From assembly GCA_976551045.1 (NCBI GenBank), contig CDPCPM010000011.1, positions 8,122,001 through 8,186,000 on the forward strand: DNA of 64,000 bases, in the 5' to 3' direction. Below the pieces are notes generated by a model. The model ran no database searches and had not been told where the DNA came from. It worked only from the letters and a program-made list of their open reading frames with translations. The translations under genes and the position numbers were made by a program. Every line of letters starts with the position of its first letter. Within the stretch, counting starts at the first letter, position 1. Source of the DNA: Glaucostegus cemiculus (Eukaryota). Shown here one piece after another: positions 53,746 to 64,000 of this stretch.

Positions 53746-54577
53746 TGTTATGAAACCAGCAACAAAAGAAGCACACCAAGTTGTACTTCAGTGTTAAAAC
53801 TACTTTATCAATAACTACTTCCGATAATACGTAAAATAAGAACAAAAAGTTAGTACATTAGTACAAAACAAAATATTAGAATCTTAAGCTATAACCCCAA
53901 AAACTACTCGGTGTGTGTGTGTGGGGCAAATTCCTAAACTCAAAGTCCAGGAATTAGTTCTTAAAGTTCAGTTCAATAAGCCGTAAGATGAAACATGAAT
54001 AAAGGCTTCTTCACAAGCACTGTCCATCGAAGACAAAACATAGATATAGAGAGAGATTAGAGAGGAATCACAAAATCCGAATGTTCCACTCAAAACTCGA
54101 ACGACACTTCAGGGCTAACTCGGTAGTGACTTTCTCACCCCGAAAACTCCTGGATCGTGACTGTCCACGCAAATACCTGTGTTCTTCTACAGGTTAGCAG
54201 CAAAGTGAATTCCATCACCTTGTTCCACAGTATCTGCCACTCTGAAGAGCATCCAAAATGTGGTTGTCCATGCAAACACCTGTGTCCTTCTACAGGTTAC
54301 CAACAAAGTGAGCTCCACTGGACTACTCCAGAAATCCATCCACGGATTTTAGTGACAAACACAGTTACTGTCCTTCATCTCTCGACAGAAACAAAACAGG
54401 CTGCTGTCTCTCCTTCTTCTCTCTCTGTCTGTTTCTCTCTCTCCTCTCTTTTTCTTTCTTGTAATGAGCTCATCATGTTAGTCTTATCTTCTGTTGACGT
54501 AATACGTTCTTATAGGCGCGCACACACAATGTCCCATCTTAAAGGGATATTTGCCTATAGCAAGCTACTTTGTAACA
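53746..54577 (-). mobile_element. Solo LTR (832 bp), Gypsy-like, 4-bp TSD ATAT
   Basis: Termini TGTTA...TAACA flanked by ATAT at 53742-53745 and 54578-54581. Internal 103-bp-period duplication. Strand is tentative, from a TATAAG at about 54510. Confidence 0.85.
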
Positions 54578-56039
54578 ATATGGTGGGCCTGCTGGGCCCC
54601 CAGCACTGCACCTTCCTAGCAGTTATCTCATTATCAGGATCTTTTATGTTCTTTTCGAATGAAGTGCTTAAGTGAGATTGGGGGGCGGGGAAATCACAAA
54701 AACTAGGTATAGGGCTCATTTCTGGGAGTATTTTTGAGAGGAATGTTATTACCACTAAATACAGCTATCTTTCAGGGCACTGAAAATTTCTGACTCACAT
54801 GCTCCGCAGAATCAATCCCATAGTGTTTGAAATGTCATACGTGCTTTGCCAAATGCAAAACAAGTGCAAGCATTTCAGATGGATAAGGACACTCACTGAA
54901 TCAGAAAGACTAACAATGTACCTGAATCCATTCCTCTTCTGGAGTCATTGGACTCTATTAGTGTAGCAGCAGGGATAATACAGTTCCTGACAATCCGAAG
55001 AAAAATATACAGTGGCTATACAGCAACTTCTGTTGAAAATGCATTTAAAACATTTGATGTGGATGGGGCTGTTCTTCATCTTCCCCCAAGCCATGTGACC
55101 TTCCAACATTTACTATCAAGGCTTAAAGTTTGTATGGCCAAACTACCTGCACCACTGAGACTCAGTATAGCAATAAACTATTATTACAACTAAGGGAAAA
55201 GGAACAAAACAAATGAAAAACTTCAGAAGTTACACACACAAAAGGAACATTACAAAGAGAATATAGCCTATAACTTGGCTCTCATAAATAACAAAACAAA
55301 AATTACAGAACTGTACACTTCTGCATGCTGGCTATTTTGTGACTGTGCAAAAAAAGCAGATGGTTAATTATCCATGACAATAATCGGCTTTAAATTTGTG
55401 ACGCAATTCCTTGTTAACTCATCATAACAGATAAAGCTAGGATTCTTGAGTTACTTATTTCAATTTCTCTTAAATCAGTTTTATTCTAAGTAACAAATCT
55501 TGCCAAAGCAACTAAAGCTTTAAATTGTTCCATAAACAGTGAAGCTGGCAACATCCAATGAACAACCAAGAGTCAGTGAACCAAGCACTACACAATTTTC
55601 CAAAAACTTTAACCAAATCACACGAACATTGAAATCTGTACACAAGAAAAAAACCTGCTAAATTTATGCAGCTTGTAACAGCTTAAACCCACCTTTACAG
55701 GAGATGGATATTATTTCCTTTCAGTGTTGTGATCCTGTTTATAGTGGTATTTGTTCTCATTTGCTGCAATACAAACCTGTGATAGATGTGTACTGAACAG
55801 TCTCCTTTAATTCTTTTCACTTGTCTCTATACACAAAATGAAATACTTCCAAATGCGTTGGGGTTCTGGGCAATGGAGAGATTGCAAATTAAAAAAGTCC
55901 ACATTTTCTGACGCTATATAATGCAACACCAAGGAATTTCTACATTTGAAATATATAGGTGTTAGATCAAAGGCAAGCTATTTTTCAAATGCAAGTGCTA
56001 AAATATTTTCTTGCAAATGTTTAAAATAAGAAAACTTCA

Positions 56040-56300
56040 ATTTAGTGTTTTTACTGACCACAGAACATTGAATGACTTAAGTACTCAGTTGTAATGTTAA
56101 AAAAAATGCAACAGCCAAATTGCGCATAGTAATGTTCCACAAACAGCGAAGGAAGAAAAAACTGAATATTCAAGTTTTTTGGCGATAGAATCAAGTCAGA
56201 TTGCCAGCCAAAAAAAAACTCCATCTCCTTTCTGGATAGCACCATCACATCCTTTACATGCAAGGAGAGATTGCCTGGATTTCAATTGGATGTCTCATTG
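56040..56300 (-). mobile_element. Decayed Deu-domain SINE fragment
   Basis: AATGCAACAGCCAAATTGCGCATAGTAATGTTCCACAAACAGC. Confidence 0.55.
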
Positions 56301-57221
56301 CAACTGACAAAGATGGATTGGGGTTTGTTTTCTAAAAGGTTATTTTAGCATAGCTTCAAATTGCAACTTTTCTGTGAAAAAGGGAAACTGATTAAATTCC
56401 AAAGGAAACATTAGATACTGTATATGTATTCAGAGTATGCTTGCACTTCAAGCAACAGTTGAGTTTCTTCATTCAAAGTAAACAAAGACTGTTGATTTCA
56501 ACACTTGATCACCAAAATATTTGTGATAATCAAGTTACAAATTCTTTACATCGAATTAATTTAAAATGAGATAATACCAATTTATTATTTCAAAATGCCT
56601 TTTTCCATTATAACTTTGCCTATGATAATCATTGACAATTCCTTCCACTAGGAATGCCAGAGACATTCACAAAATCTTGACAAACAAATGTCAATTATGT
56701 GAAGTGTTTTGGTCTGAACATGATTTTTTCTTCTCTGAAATGAGTTTTTTTAAAAAAAATCTTTTGGTCAGCGTTACATGGTTTTTATTTATGGCCTTCA
56801 GCTCTTACATCAATCGTCTTCACTGTTGCCACTGCATGGCTTGGAATGAATAGCGTCCTGCAATAGCCAAGTTTTCTTACCATAGTATTTCACAGCAACT
56901 TCTACAGATCCCATTTTCGCTTCCACTCATTTTGTTCCCTCTAACCAAAGTTGTGTGGAATGGAAAACAAACAAGTTTACACCCATATGTTCCAAGGATT
57001 ATTTTTCCACTACTTTTGGCAGCATGATATTGAACATTAGACAATGTTAATTACACAACTATTTTTGTGTGCCGTTCACAATTAACAAAATTACACCAGC
57101 ATTCAGCAATTTTAAGGTATTTACAAATTGTAAATGGTATTCTTGATCCAAAGTTTAATCTAAGAATAATCTATCCCAGAAGGTCAGGAAGCAAGATCAT
57201 TGGGGGTATTCAAAAAGTTCA

Positions 57222-57402
57222 GACAAGAGGCTGCAGATGCTGGAATCTGGAGCAACAATCCACCAGAGGAAGTTAGTGGGTCGAGCAGCAGTGGGAAGAA
57301 AGGGTCCCAATGCAGGGTTTTAGCCCGAAATGTTGACAATTCCTTTCCTCCCACAGATGCTGCTTGACCTGCTGAGTTCTTCCAGCAGATTGTTTGTTAT
57401 TC
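57222..57402. repeat. Palindromic element from inverted Penelope pLTR fragments
   Basis: CTGCAGATGCTGGAATCTGGAGCAACAA...GGTCGAGCAGCA pairs with TGCTGCTTGACC...TTGTT. Contains AGGGTTTTAGCCCGAAATGTTGAC. Confidence 0.7.
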
Positions 57403-58043
57403 AAAAAGTATACATGTTTGAAAGATAGGAAAATTCTTTTTTATGGGGAACTTGCACAGAAGAGATATGCCCTTGAGTACATCAGCCACAATCACATAGA
57501 AGGGTTGGCTTTGAGTTGCTGGGTGGCCTACTCTGATTTTCTTAGATTCCTATGACCTCCGAAGAGTGAGGAGACAAGTAACAGAATGGATTGTTAGATG
57601 CCTTCAAAGCCACAATAGGAGACTGGAAGGGTAGCAATCTGCAGTGGAAGGTAGTGATAAGTAACATTCCACATGGATCAACAATGGGAAAATTGCTGTT
57701 CATAGTTTACATGAATAACTTAACTTCTAAAATGCTACATGATTAAATGTGGTGGTGGGGTGGGGGGGGATAGACAATACTGAGGAAGTCTGCCACAAAT
57801 TATAGGACAACAACGTTAATAAACCAGAAGGGCAATTGTCAAATTAGGTTTGATGCAAATGCAAGGTAACACATTCTAGCATGAATAGGAGAGATCATTT
57901 ATTACTTAGAAGCTGAGTGTCTTGGTTGTGTTGAGGAACAAAGGGAACTGGAATACAAACTGTCTATGATCCTTTGTTGTTGACTCTTAAACAGTGAATT
58001 GGCAGAAATGGGTCACTCACATTCTCTTGGGCAATTAGGAGAT

Positions 58044-58279
58044 TGTAGCGACCCGCGCTACCAGTGGCCGAAACGCCATCGGCTGCCGCGGGGAAACGTG
58101 CGAGTTCGCACGGTAGCGTCGGAAGGCGGTACTTCCGGCGGGAGTATGACGTCACTTCCGCCGGCCATGTTTTTCGTAGTTCTGCATGCACGCATTTTTT
58201 TGTGCGAGTTAATAAAGCTTGCTTGATCAAGTCACCGCGTCCTCGAGTCTTTCCAAGCCGCACTTCACGGACTGCTAGA
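58044..58279 (+). mobile_element. Short CpG-rich solo LTR (236 bp), Gypsy-like, 4-bp TSD AGAT
   Basis: TGTAGC...GCTAGA (one mismatch from a perfect GCTACA inverted end). AGAT at 58040-58043 and 58280-58283. AATAAA at 58211-58216. Confidence 0.85.
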
Positions 58280-59018
58280 AGATGGCCAATAAATACCAGC
58301 CTTGCCAGCCATCTCCATATTTCAAGAAATGAATAATATAATTCATCAATCATGAAGTGTGTGAGAGCTTAGCAAGGCCATTAAAAAAGTTTACTTCCAT
58401 TGAGACACAAGAGCAGAAGCAGGAATAGGCCATCTGGCCCCTTCAGCCTGTTGTGCCTCTGATATTTCACCTCAAAACCACTTCCCCACATTAACATTGT
58501 ATTCCTTGACTTTAAAATCTAAAATCTATTGATCATTTCTTGGATCAGGCAGCATCCGCTGAGAAAGAAATAAAGTTGATGTTTTTAAAAGTTGCTTGGC
58601 CTTCTGAATATTCCTGGCATTCTTTTTAAATTTCAAATTTCTAGCTGGAAGGAGTGAGGAGGTGGAGGGAGTGGTGGTGATAGTGGTATTTGAGGAGGGT
58701 AACCCCAATAATGAAAGCACAAGTAATTTATTTTCCTTACAAGTTTTCCAAGTTATGCCTTCACAGTTTGTCTTCTTAATGTCCTGCACCTAATCTTCCC
58801 CATTCACATAAATGGAATCACATTCCCCAGTGCAAGTGCTAGAGGATTGCCACAAGTTTGTGCTCCACCACTGAACTCAGACTGGGTCACAGTTCTATGC
58901 ATAACTGCCAGAATTTCCCTGTACGATTTGGTCCATTGGTTTAAATTCCAAGCTTTTGCAGGACAAAAAGTCTATTACTTAACTGCTTAATAATTGGTAG
59001 TTTGAAGAATACTCTTAC

Positions 59019-59369
59019 CAGTCTGTCCTTTACCAAGATGCTGGAGTTGCTGTGGTCCACTGGATGTCTGTTGAATGCTGTGCTGTGAAGAGTTTGCTGC
59101 CACTTGCCCTGTACCTTGTGCTAAACTATTGCTGATGGCAGTCCCAGGTGGCAGTGGCTGCCCCCTCTTCAATAGCTGCTTCTGTTCTTGATGCCGGAAG
59201 CGAGGTGGCACTTCACGGGGTGGGTAACGAGACAAGGCCTGTTGCTGACAACTGGTAGAAGGTCGCTTGCCATTGCTTCCACTGCTGTTAGTGATAGTGG
59301 TAGTGGAAGTGCTGTTGGAGGAGTTGGCAGGCTGTGGCTGGTTTTGACTGGTCTTGGTAGTTTCTGGCA
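59019..59369 (-). CDS. TNRC6C: TNRC6C N-terminal-extension exon (351 nt, phase 1-1): VPETTK...RYPPREVPPRFRHQEQKQLLKRGQPLP...GKGQT
   Basis: Acceptor CTGACAG|TG, donor ACTG|GTAAGA. REVPPRFR..KQLLKRGQ is the motif of the TNRC6 N-terminal region. In phase with the next exon. Confidence 0.9.
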
Positions 59370-60469
59370 CTGTCAGAGATACAAAACAAGTATTTGTTGA
59401 CAATTTAAAAAGTAAAAGGAAATGTTTCTAATTTTCTACATTTTCAAATTATTGCTTTAGGTTTAGAACTGTAGTCTGTACACGGTAAGAGTTTAAGTCA
59501 GATTACCATATTTGAAAGTGCTGCAATTAAGTGCCAATGGAAGATCCACACAATTTTTAATAATTAAAACAGGAAAAGTGAAATAGATTTGCATTAAGGA
59601 CAACTATTAAGACAACTTTTAACAGTACATTTAATTGGGTATGGAGAAATACCACACTTCATAAAGGTATGGAGGATCAGCAACCCAAGTACAAGTAGGG
59701 ATAGACTGCACACAGCCTGCCTCAATCACAGTACGTGCCAATCCCATGATTGCACTAAGCTTTTGTGATCCTATGACTTTCAAGGTTCTGCCATGGTTGC
59801 AGCCTCAGCTGTTCTGTGAAGCATAGTGGGTTGTGAGAGATGGTAAGGACATAAGCAGCAGATAACAGAACCCTTCTTCAGACAGCCTAGATGATCTTCT
59901 GCCAGCTCAATCCACTATTATTTTCACTGTTTTTTTAACATCTCTAATCATGAGAGATATTTAGTGATAGTAGTTGAAAAAACTGAATAATGCACTTAAA
60001 ATAATAAATTCACTTTTACTTTAATTGACATGGTAGTCCAGGAAGGGTTAGTTTGTGAATCCAAATCAGAGGCAGAAAGTGAATACTCTAAGATCTGATT
60101 GAGATTTCAACAGCAAGAACATAACTTAAATACAAGCCTGTATAGTCTGAGCAATGGCTATTGGAGATTCAGCCAAAGAGGTACAAAGCTCCACCCCAAT
60201 AAGGTCGCATAGAAATGGAATGAAGGCAGACATCTGGACTAAAATCAGAACAGGATGGATCTCAACCTCTAGAAAATGAAGAGGAAGGAGGCTTGGGCAA
60301 AAATCAGAGGTTCATGTCAATTGAAAAAGGAGAGGTGGGGGCTGCACACATCATTTTAATTCTTTACTTTAGAGATCAGAGTTCATACAGTTATTCAATT
60401 CTACAACTCAACAAATATGCACAAGATACTTGAGAAGGTGGAATACCTGACAGGCCTTGTCAAGGGATA

Positions 60470-61985
60470 CTTGACAAGGTATCCCCTTGGATCTTGTGGA
60501 AGGCGAGTGCAGAAATTGCAGGGGCTCTGGCAGAGATATTTAAAATGTCCTTAGCCATGGGCAAGGTGACAGAGGACTGGAGGATAGCTAATCTTGTTCC
60601 GTTGTTCAAGAAAGGCTCTAAAAATAAGATGGGAAATTATAGGCTGGTGAGCCTGATGTCAGTCATGGGTAAATTATTGGAAGGTATTCTAAGTAGCAGG
60701 ATATACAACTACTTGGATAGACAGGGCCTGATTAGGAATAGTCAACATGGCTTTGTACATGGTAGGTCATTTCTAACCAAAGAGTTGTTCAAGGTGGTTA
60801 CCAAGAAGGTCGATGAGGGAAAGCCAGTGGACATTGTTTACCTGGACTTTAGCAAGGCCTTTGACAGAGTCCTGCATGGGAGGCTGTTCCAGAACGTTAA
60901 GTCACTTGGCATTCAGGATGAAGTAGCCAAATGGATCAACACCGGCATAGCAGAAGCCAGAGAGTGGTAGATGGTTGTCTCTTGGACTGGAGGCCTGTGA
61001 CTAGTGGTGTGCTGCAGGGATTGGTGTTGGGTCAGTTGTTGTTTATCATCTAAATCACAAATATAGATGATAATGTGGTAAACTGGGTCAGCAAATTTGC
61101 TGATGACACCAAGATTGGGAGGCATAGTGGACAGCGAGGAAAGCTATCTAAGCTTGCAGTGTGATCTTGACCAGCTGAAAAAATGGGCTGAAAAAATGGC
61201 TGATGGAATTTAATACAGACAAGTATGAAGTGTTTCACTTTGGGAGGACAAACCAGGGTAGGATTTGCACAGTGAATGGTAGAGCTCTGAGTTGTGCTAT
61301 AGAACAGAGGGGCCTGGAAATACAGGTCTATAGCTCCGTGAAAGTGGCATCACAGGTAGATAGGGTCGTAAAGAGAGCTTTTGGCACTTTGGCCTTCAGA
61401 AATCAGGGTATTGAGTACAGGAGGTGGGATGTTATGCTGAAGTTGTGAAGCTGAATTTGGAGTATTGTGTGCAGTTCGAGTCACCTACCTGCAGGAAAGA
61501 TATCAATAAGCTTGAAAGAGTGCAGAGAAAATTTACAAGGATGTTGCTGGGACTTGAGGACCTGAGTTATAGGGAAAGGTTAAGTTAGGACTTTATTCCC
61601 TGAAGCACAGGAGAATGAGGGGATATCTTATGGAGGTATACAAAATTATGAGGGGTATAGATAGGATGAATGCATGCAGGCTTTTCCCCCTCAGATTGGC
61701 TGAGACTAGAACAAGAGGATGTAGGTTTAGGGTGAAAGGTAAAATATACAAGGGGAATCTGAGGGGAAACTTCTTCACTCAGAGGGTGGTGTGAGTGTGA
61801 AATGAGCTTCCAGTGGAAGTGGTACATGCAGGTTCAACTGTAATATTTAAGAGAAATTTGGATAGGTACATAAATGGGAATGGTTTGGTCTGGGTGCAGG
61901 TAGATAGGATTAGGCAGAAGATCAGGTTGGCATGGACTAGATGGGCTGAAGGGCCTGTTTCCATGCTGTAGCACTCTATGACCTA
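60470..61985 (+). mobile_element. 5'-truncated CR1 LINE (RT domain and 3' tail), frameshifted
   Basis: EDWRIANLVPLFKKG, NYRLVSLMS, SQHGFVHGRS, DIVYLDFSKAFDRVLH, SKFADDTK, LERVQRKFTRML, tail GGGCTGAAGGGCCTGTTTCCATGCTGT. Confidence 0.95.
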
Positions 61986-62204
61986 CATTCAAGTCAACAA
62001 TGCTGTTGCTTAGTGCCCCTCCACACAAGCTGCATTGTGCAATTTTGGTTTCAGTTCACCTTTAGTAAAGGGGGTTAAAAAGGTATTCTACTAAGGGATT
62101 ATCAAAAATGCAAGTTTGGAGTGAAACCAAGACAGAAAACCATGCCAGGATAAAGTAAAAAATTAGTTGATATCTCTGATGTGTTACTATTTTTAAAAAA
62201 AATC

Positions 62205-62500
62205 ATAACACAGGAAATCATTTCGCTGTTGGGTCCATGCTGACTCCCAAGGTAGCAATCCCATTAGTCTCATTCTCTCCCCTTATTTTCCTCTAGCCTT
62301 GCAAATTTTGCTCTCACACACAAGGTTTTCAACTCCCCACTAGATTCTTCTTTATCACCAGCTCACACTAGGGGTAATTTACAAAGGCTAATTGACCTTT
62401 TGGAATGTGGGAGGAAACCAGAGCATCTGGAGGAAACTGAGGCGTTCACAGACTGTGTGTAAACGCCACACTGATAACAGGAGGTCAGGATCAAACCTCA
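62205..62500 (-). mobile_element. Older V-SINE copy
   Basis: TGGAATGTGGGAGGAAACCAGAGCATCTGGAGGAAAC is the reverse-complement V-domain. Confidence 0.75.
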
Positions 62501-62771
62501 ACTCTTATAATCCTTCATAAATTTACAAGACTTCCATTAACCCCACCCCCACATATCATCAGTTAAAGTGAAACAAGCTTCAACTTCAAGTCTCTTCAAA
62601 ATGGACTGTCACACAGCACAGAAACAAGCCCTTTGACCTGTGCCCTTGTCTACCATCGTACTCATCTATACGTCCCATTTACCCATATTCAGTCCATAGT
62701 CTTTCATTCCTTTTGTGTGTAAAACCCAGATCCATGAAAAATCCATGAATGTGTTCCATTTCTTCCATTGC

Positions 62772-62886
62772 TTTTTTATTTTATTTTATTTTTTTATTTT
62801 ATTTACAGCGTGGTAACAGGCCCTTTCGGCCCTCCGAGTCCACGCCGCCCATTTTAAACCCCCCAATTAACCTACCGGTACATCTT
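62772..62886 (-). mobile_element. 5'-truncated young V-SINE, same subfamily as 18767-19025
   Basis: TTTACAGCGTGGTAACAGGCCCTTTCGGCCC...CGCCGCCCATTTTAAACCC is the reverse complement of 18930-19020. Confidence 0.88.
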
Positions 62887-63174
62887 TCAGAACCATTTTT
62901 ACCATTACCTTTTAGAGAGCATCAAAAATAAGATGCAACATTCCAAATGTGACCCAACTTCTATTACAACAAATTTTTATTAGTTTTTTTTTTCCTTCCT
63001 GCTACTGAAGAGATAATCCAGGGGAACAGGAAAATGCAAGTTGCCAAAAGGGAACTTTTTTTTGTAAAGCCAGAAACCTTCCTGACGGAAAAAACTTTCA
63101 TCAACCAAATATTGACTTGAAAGAAAGTGTTTGAGTCAAAATTGGTTAATTAAATACTTATATTTTTATGACAA

Positions 63175-63600
63175 CATTTTTTCTCAAAAATAAATGTTAT
63201 ATAAATGTTATTCATAATAAAAGAATATATACAAAGGAAGAAACAGTGCAAAAATAATTAACATTCATGGTTGTTACATTCAATAGTGTAAAACTTTAAA
63301 GAGAAACAAAATAGCAGCATTGCCACTCACAGGCTTCCAGGGGTGATACCCCTTTCATTGTTCAAAGGGCTTCTCTATCCACCTCTGCCCCTCTAAGTGT
63401 GGTAGCTGAAGAGGCCTATAGTGTGGACCTTCCCTCACAGAGCCTTAGCATTGGCTAGACCAAGCTTCAGTACATCCCTCAGCATGTACGCCTGCAGCCT
63501 GGACTGTGCCAGTCTTACAGACATCTCGCTGTGCTGGAGGACCAACAAGTTTCAGGCAGACCAAGAGAGCCCTCACTTTGAATTAACAGTTGTTCCCTGT
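63175..63600 (-). mobile_element. L1/Tx1-clade LINE 3' end
   Basis: Minus translation WSA*NLLVLQH...RLAQSRLQAYMLRDVLKLGLANAKALWGRST resembles the Tx1 ORF2 C-terminus, followed by an AT-rich 3'UTR. Confidence 0.65.
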
Positions 63601-64000
63601 ACATGATCCAAATCCTTTACAAATCACACCCTTTGCTAGGGTGGCAGAAAAGTTAAACTTTAACTGGGTTCATAAAGTTGTTTCTCGTCTTGGATTTTAA
63701 GGGAATAATGAATTTAGTGAAGTAAACCAAAGCACAAAGACTTGAGACTGAAAACTAATAACCCAAGTATCCAAAATGCATCACAAAGGAGGGAAAAAAG
63801 TTACAAAATTTTCAATTTATAAAAATAAGTTGTAATTAAAAAAGATGGGGGGGGGTGTAAGAGAAGAAATGCAAAGACTAAACTGTAACATTTTCAGTGT
63901 TCGATCAATCAGATGAAGGTAACAATAATAAAAGATGTAATAGAATCAAAACACTGAAGAAAGTTACTATTTTAAATTCAAGTTTTGTCAAGTATTCAGA

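Larger units (their letters stand above)
1..64000 (-). other. TNRC6C: TNRC6C (GW182 paralog) gene body, partial; both ends extend beyond the window
   Basis: 18 GT-AG exons splice into one open frame matching recalled human TNRC6C (MATGSA..., NLNLNPNANPAAWP, DDGTSAWGDP, LIKQLTDMGFP, QSRLx[28 protein letters not shown]). Confidence 0.96.

Noticed and set aside
54157-54675. 172-aa ORF
   Set aside because: Lies in the solo LTR and its CT-rich tract; no coding signature.
57964-58353. 129-aa Arg/Ala-rich ORF and apparent CpG island of a separate gene
   Set aside because: Explained by the GC-rich solo LTR bounded by a TSD.
1-64000. A novel multi-gene or prokaryote-type system
   Set aside because: All convincing coding signal belongs to TNRC6C or decayed retroelements; no operon, CRISPR array, intact transposase or viral gene is visible.

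Overview
Vertebrate genomic DNA, AT-rich and repeat-laden. The repeat complement (HE1-type V-SINE, Deu-domain SINEs, CR1, Rex1/Babar, Penelope) points to a cartilaginous fish (shark/ray). The whole window lies inside one minus-strand gene, TNRC6C (GW182 family, the Argonaute-binding scaffold of miRNA silencing). I traced 18 coding exons by hand (59369 down to 1036; 5282 nt, about 1760 codons), all with GT-AG boundaries and consistent phases. They cover an N-terminal extension, the GW/WG Ago-binding region, UBA, the Q-rich region, CIM1, PAM2, P-GL and the start of the RRM. The first exon(s) and last exons lie outside the window. I see no convincing new multi-gene system. The best second-look items are: a candidate internal promoter/alternative first exon in frame with the 2.6-kb exon, a CpG-rich 236-bp solo LTR with an ETS-CRE motif, a 68-bp copy of TNRC6C's own coding sequence in the neighbouring intron ending in a fold-back hairpin, Penelope-derived minimal hammerhead-ribozyme motifs, and several alternative-splicing candidates. 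Comparisons to human proteins and repeat families are from memory, not from searches. Repeat boundaries are approximate unless a TSD is given.
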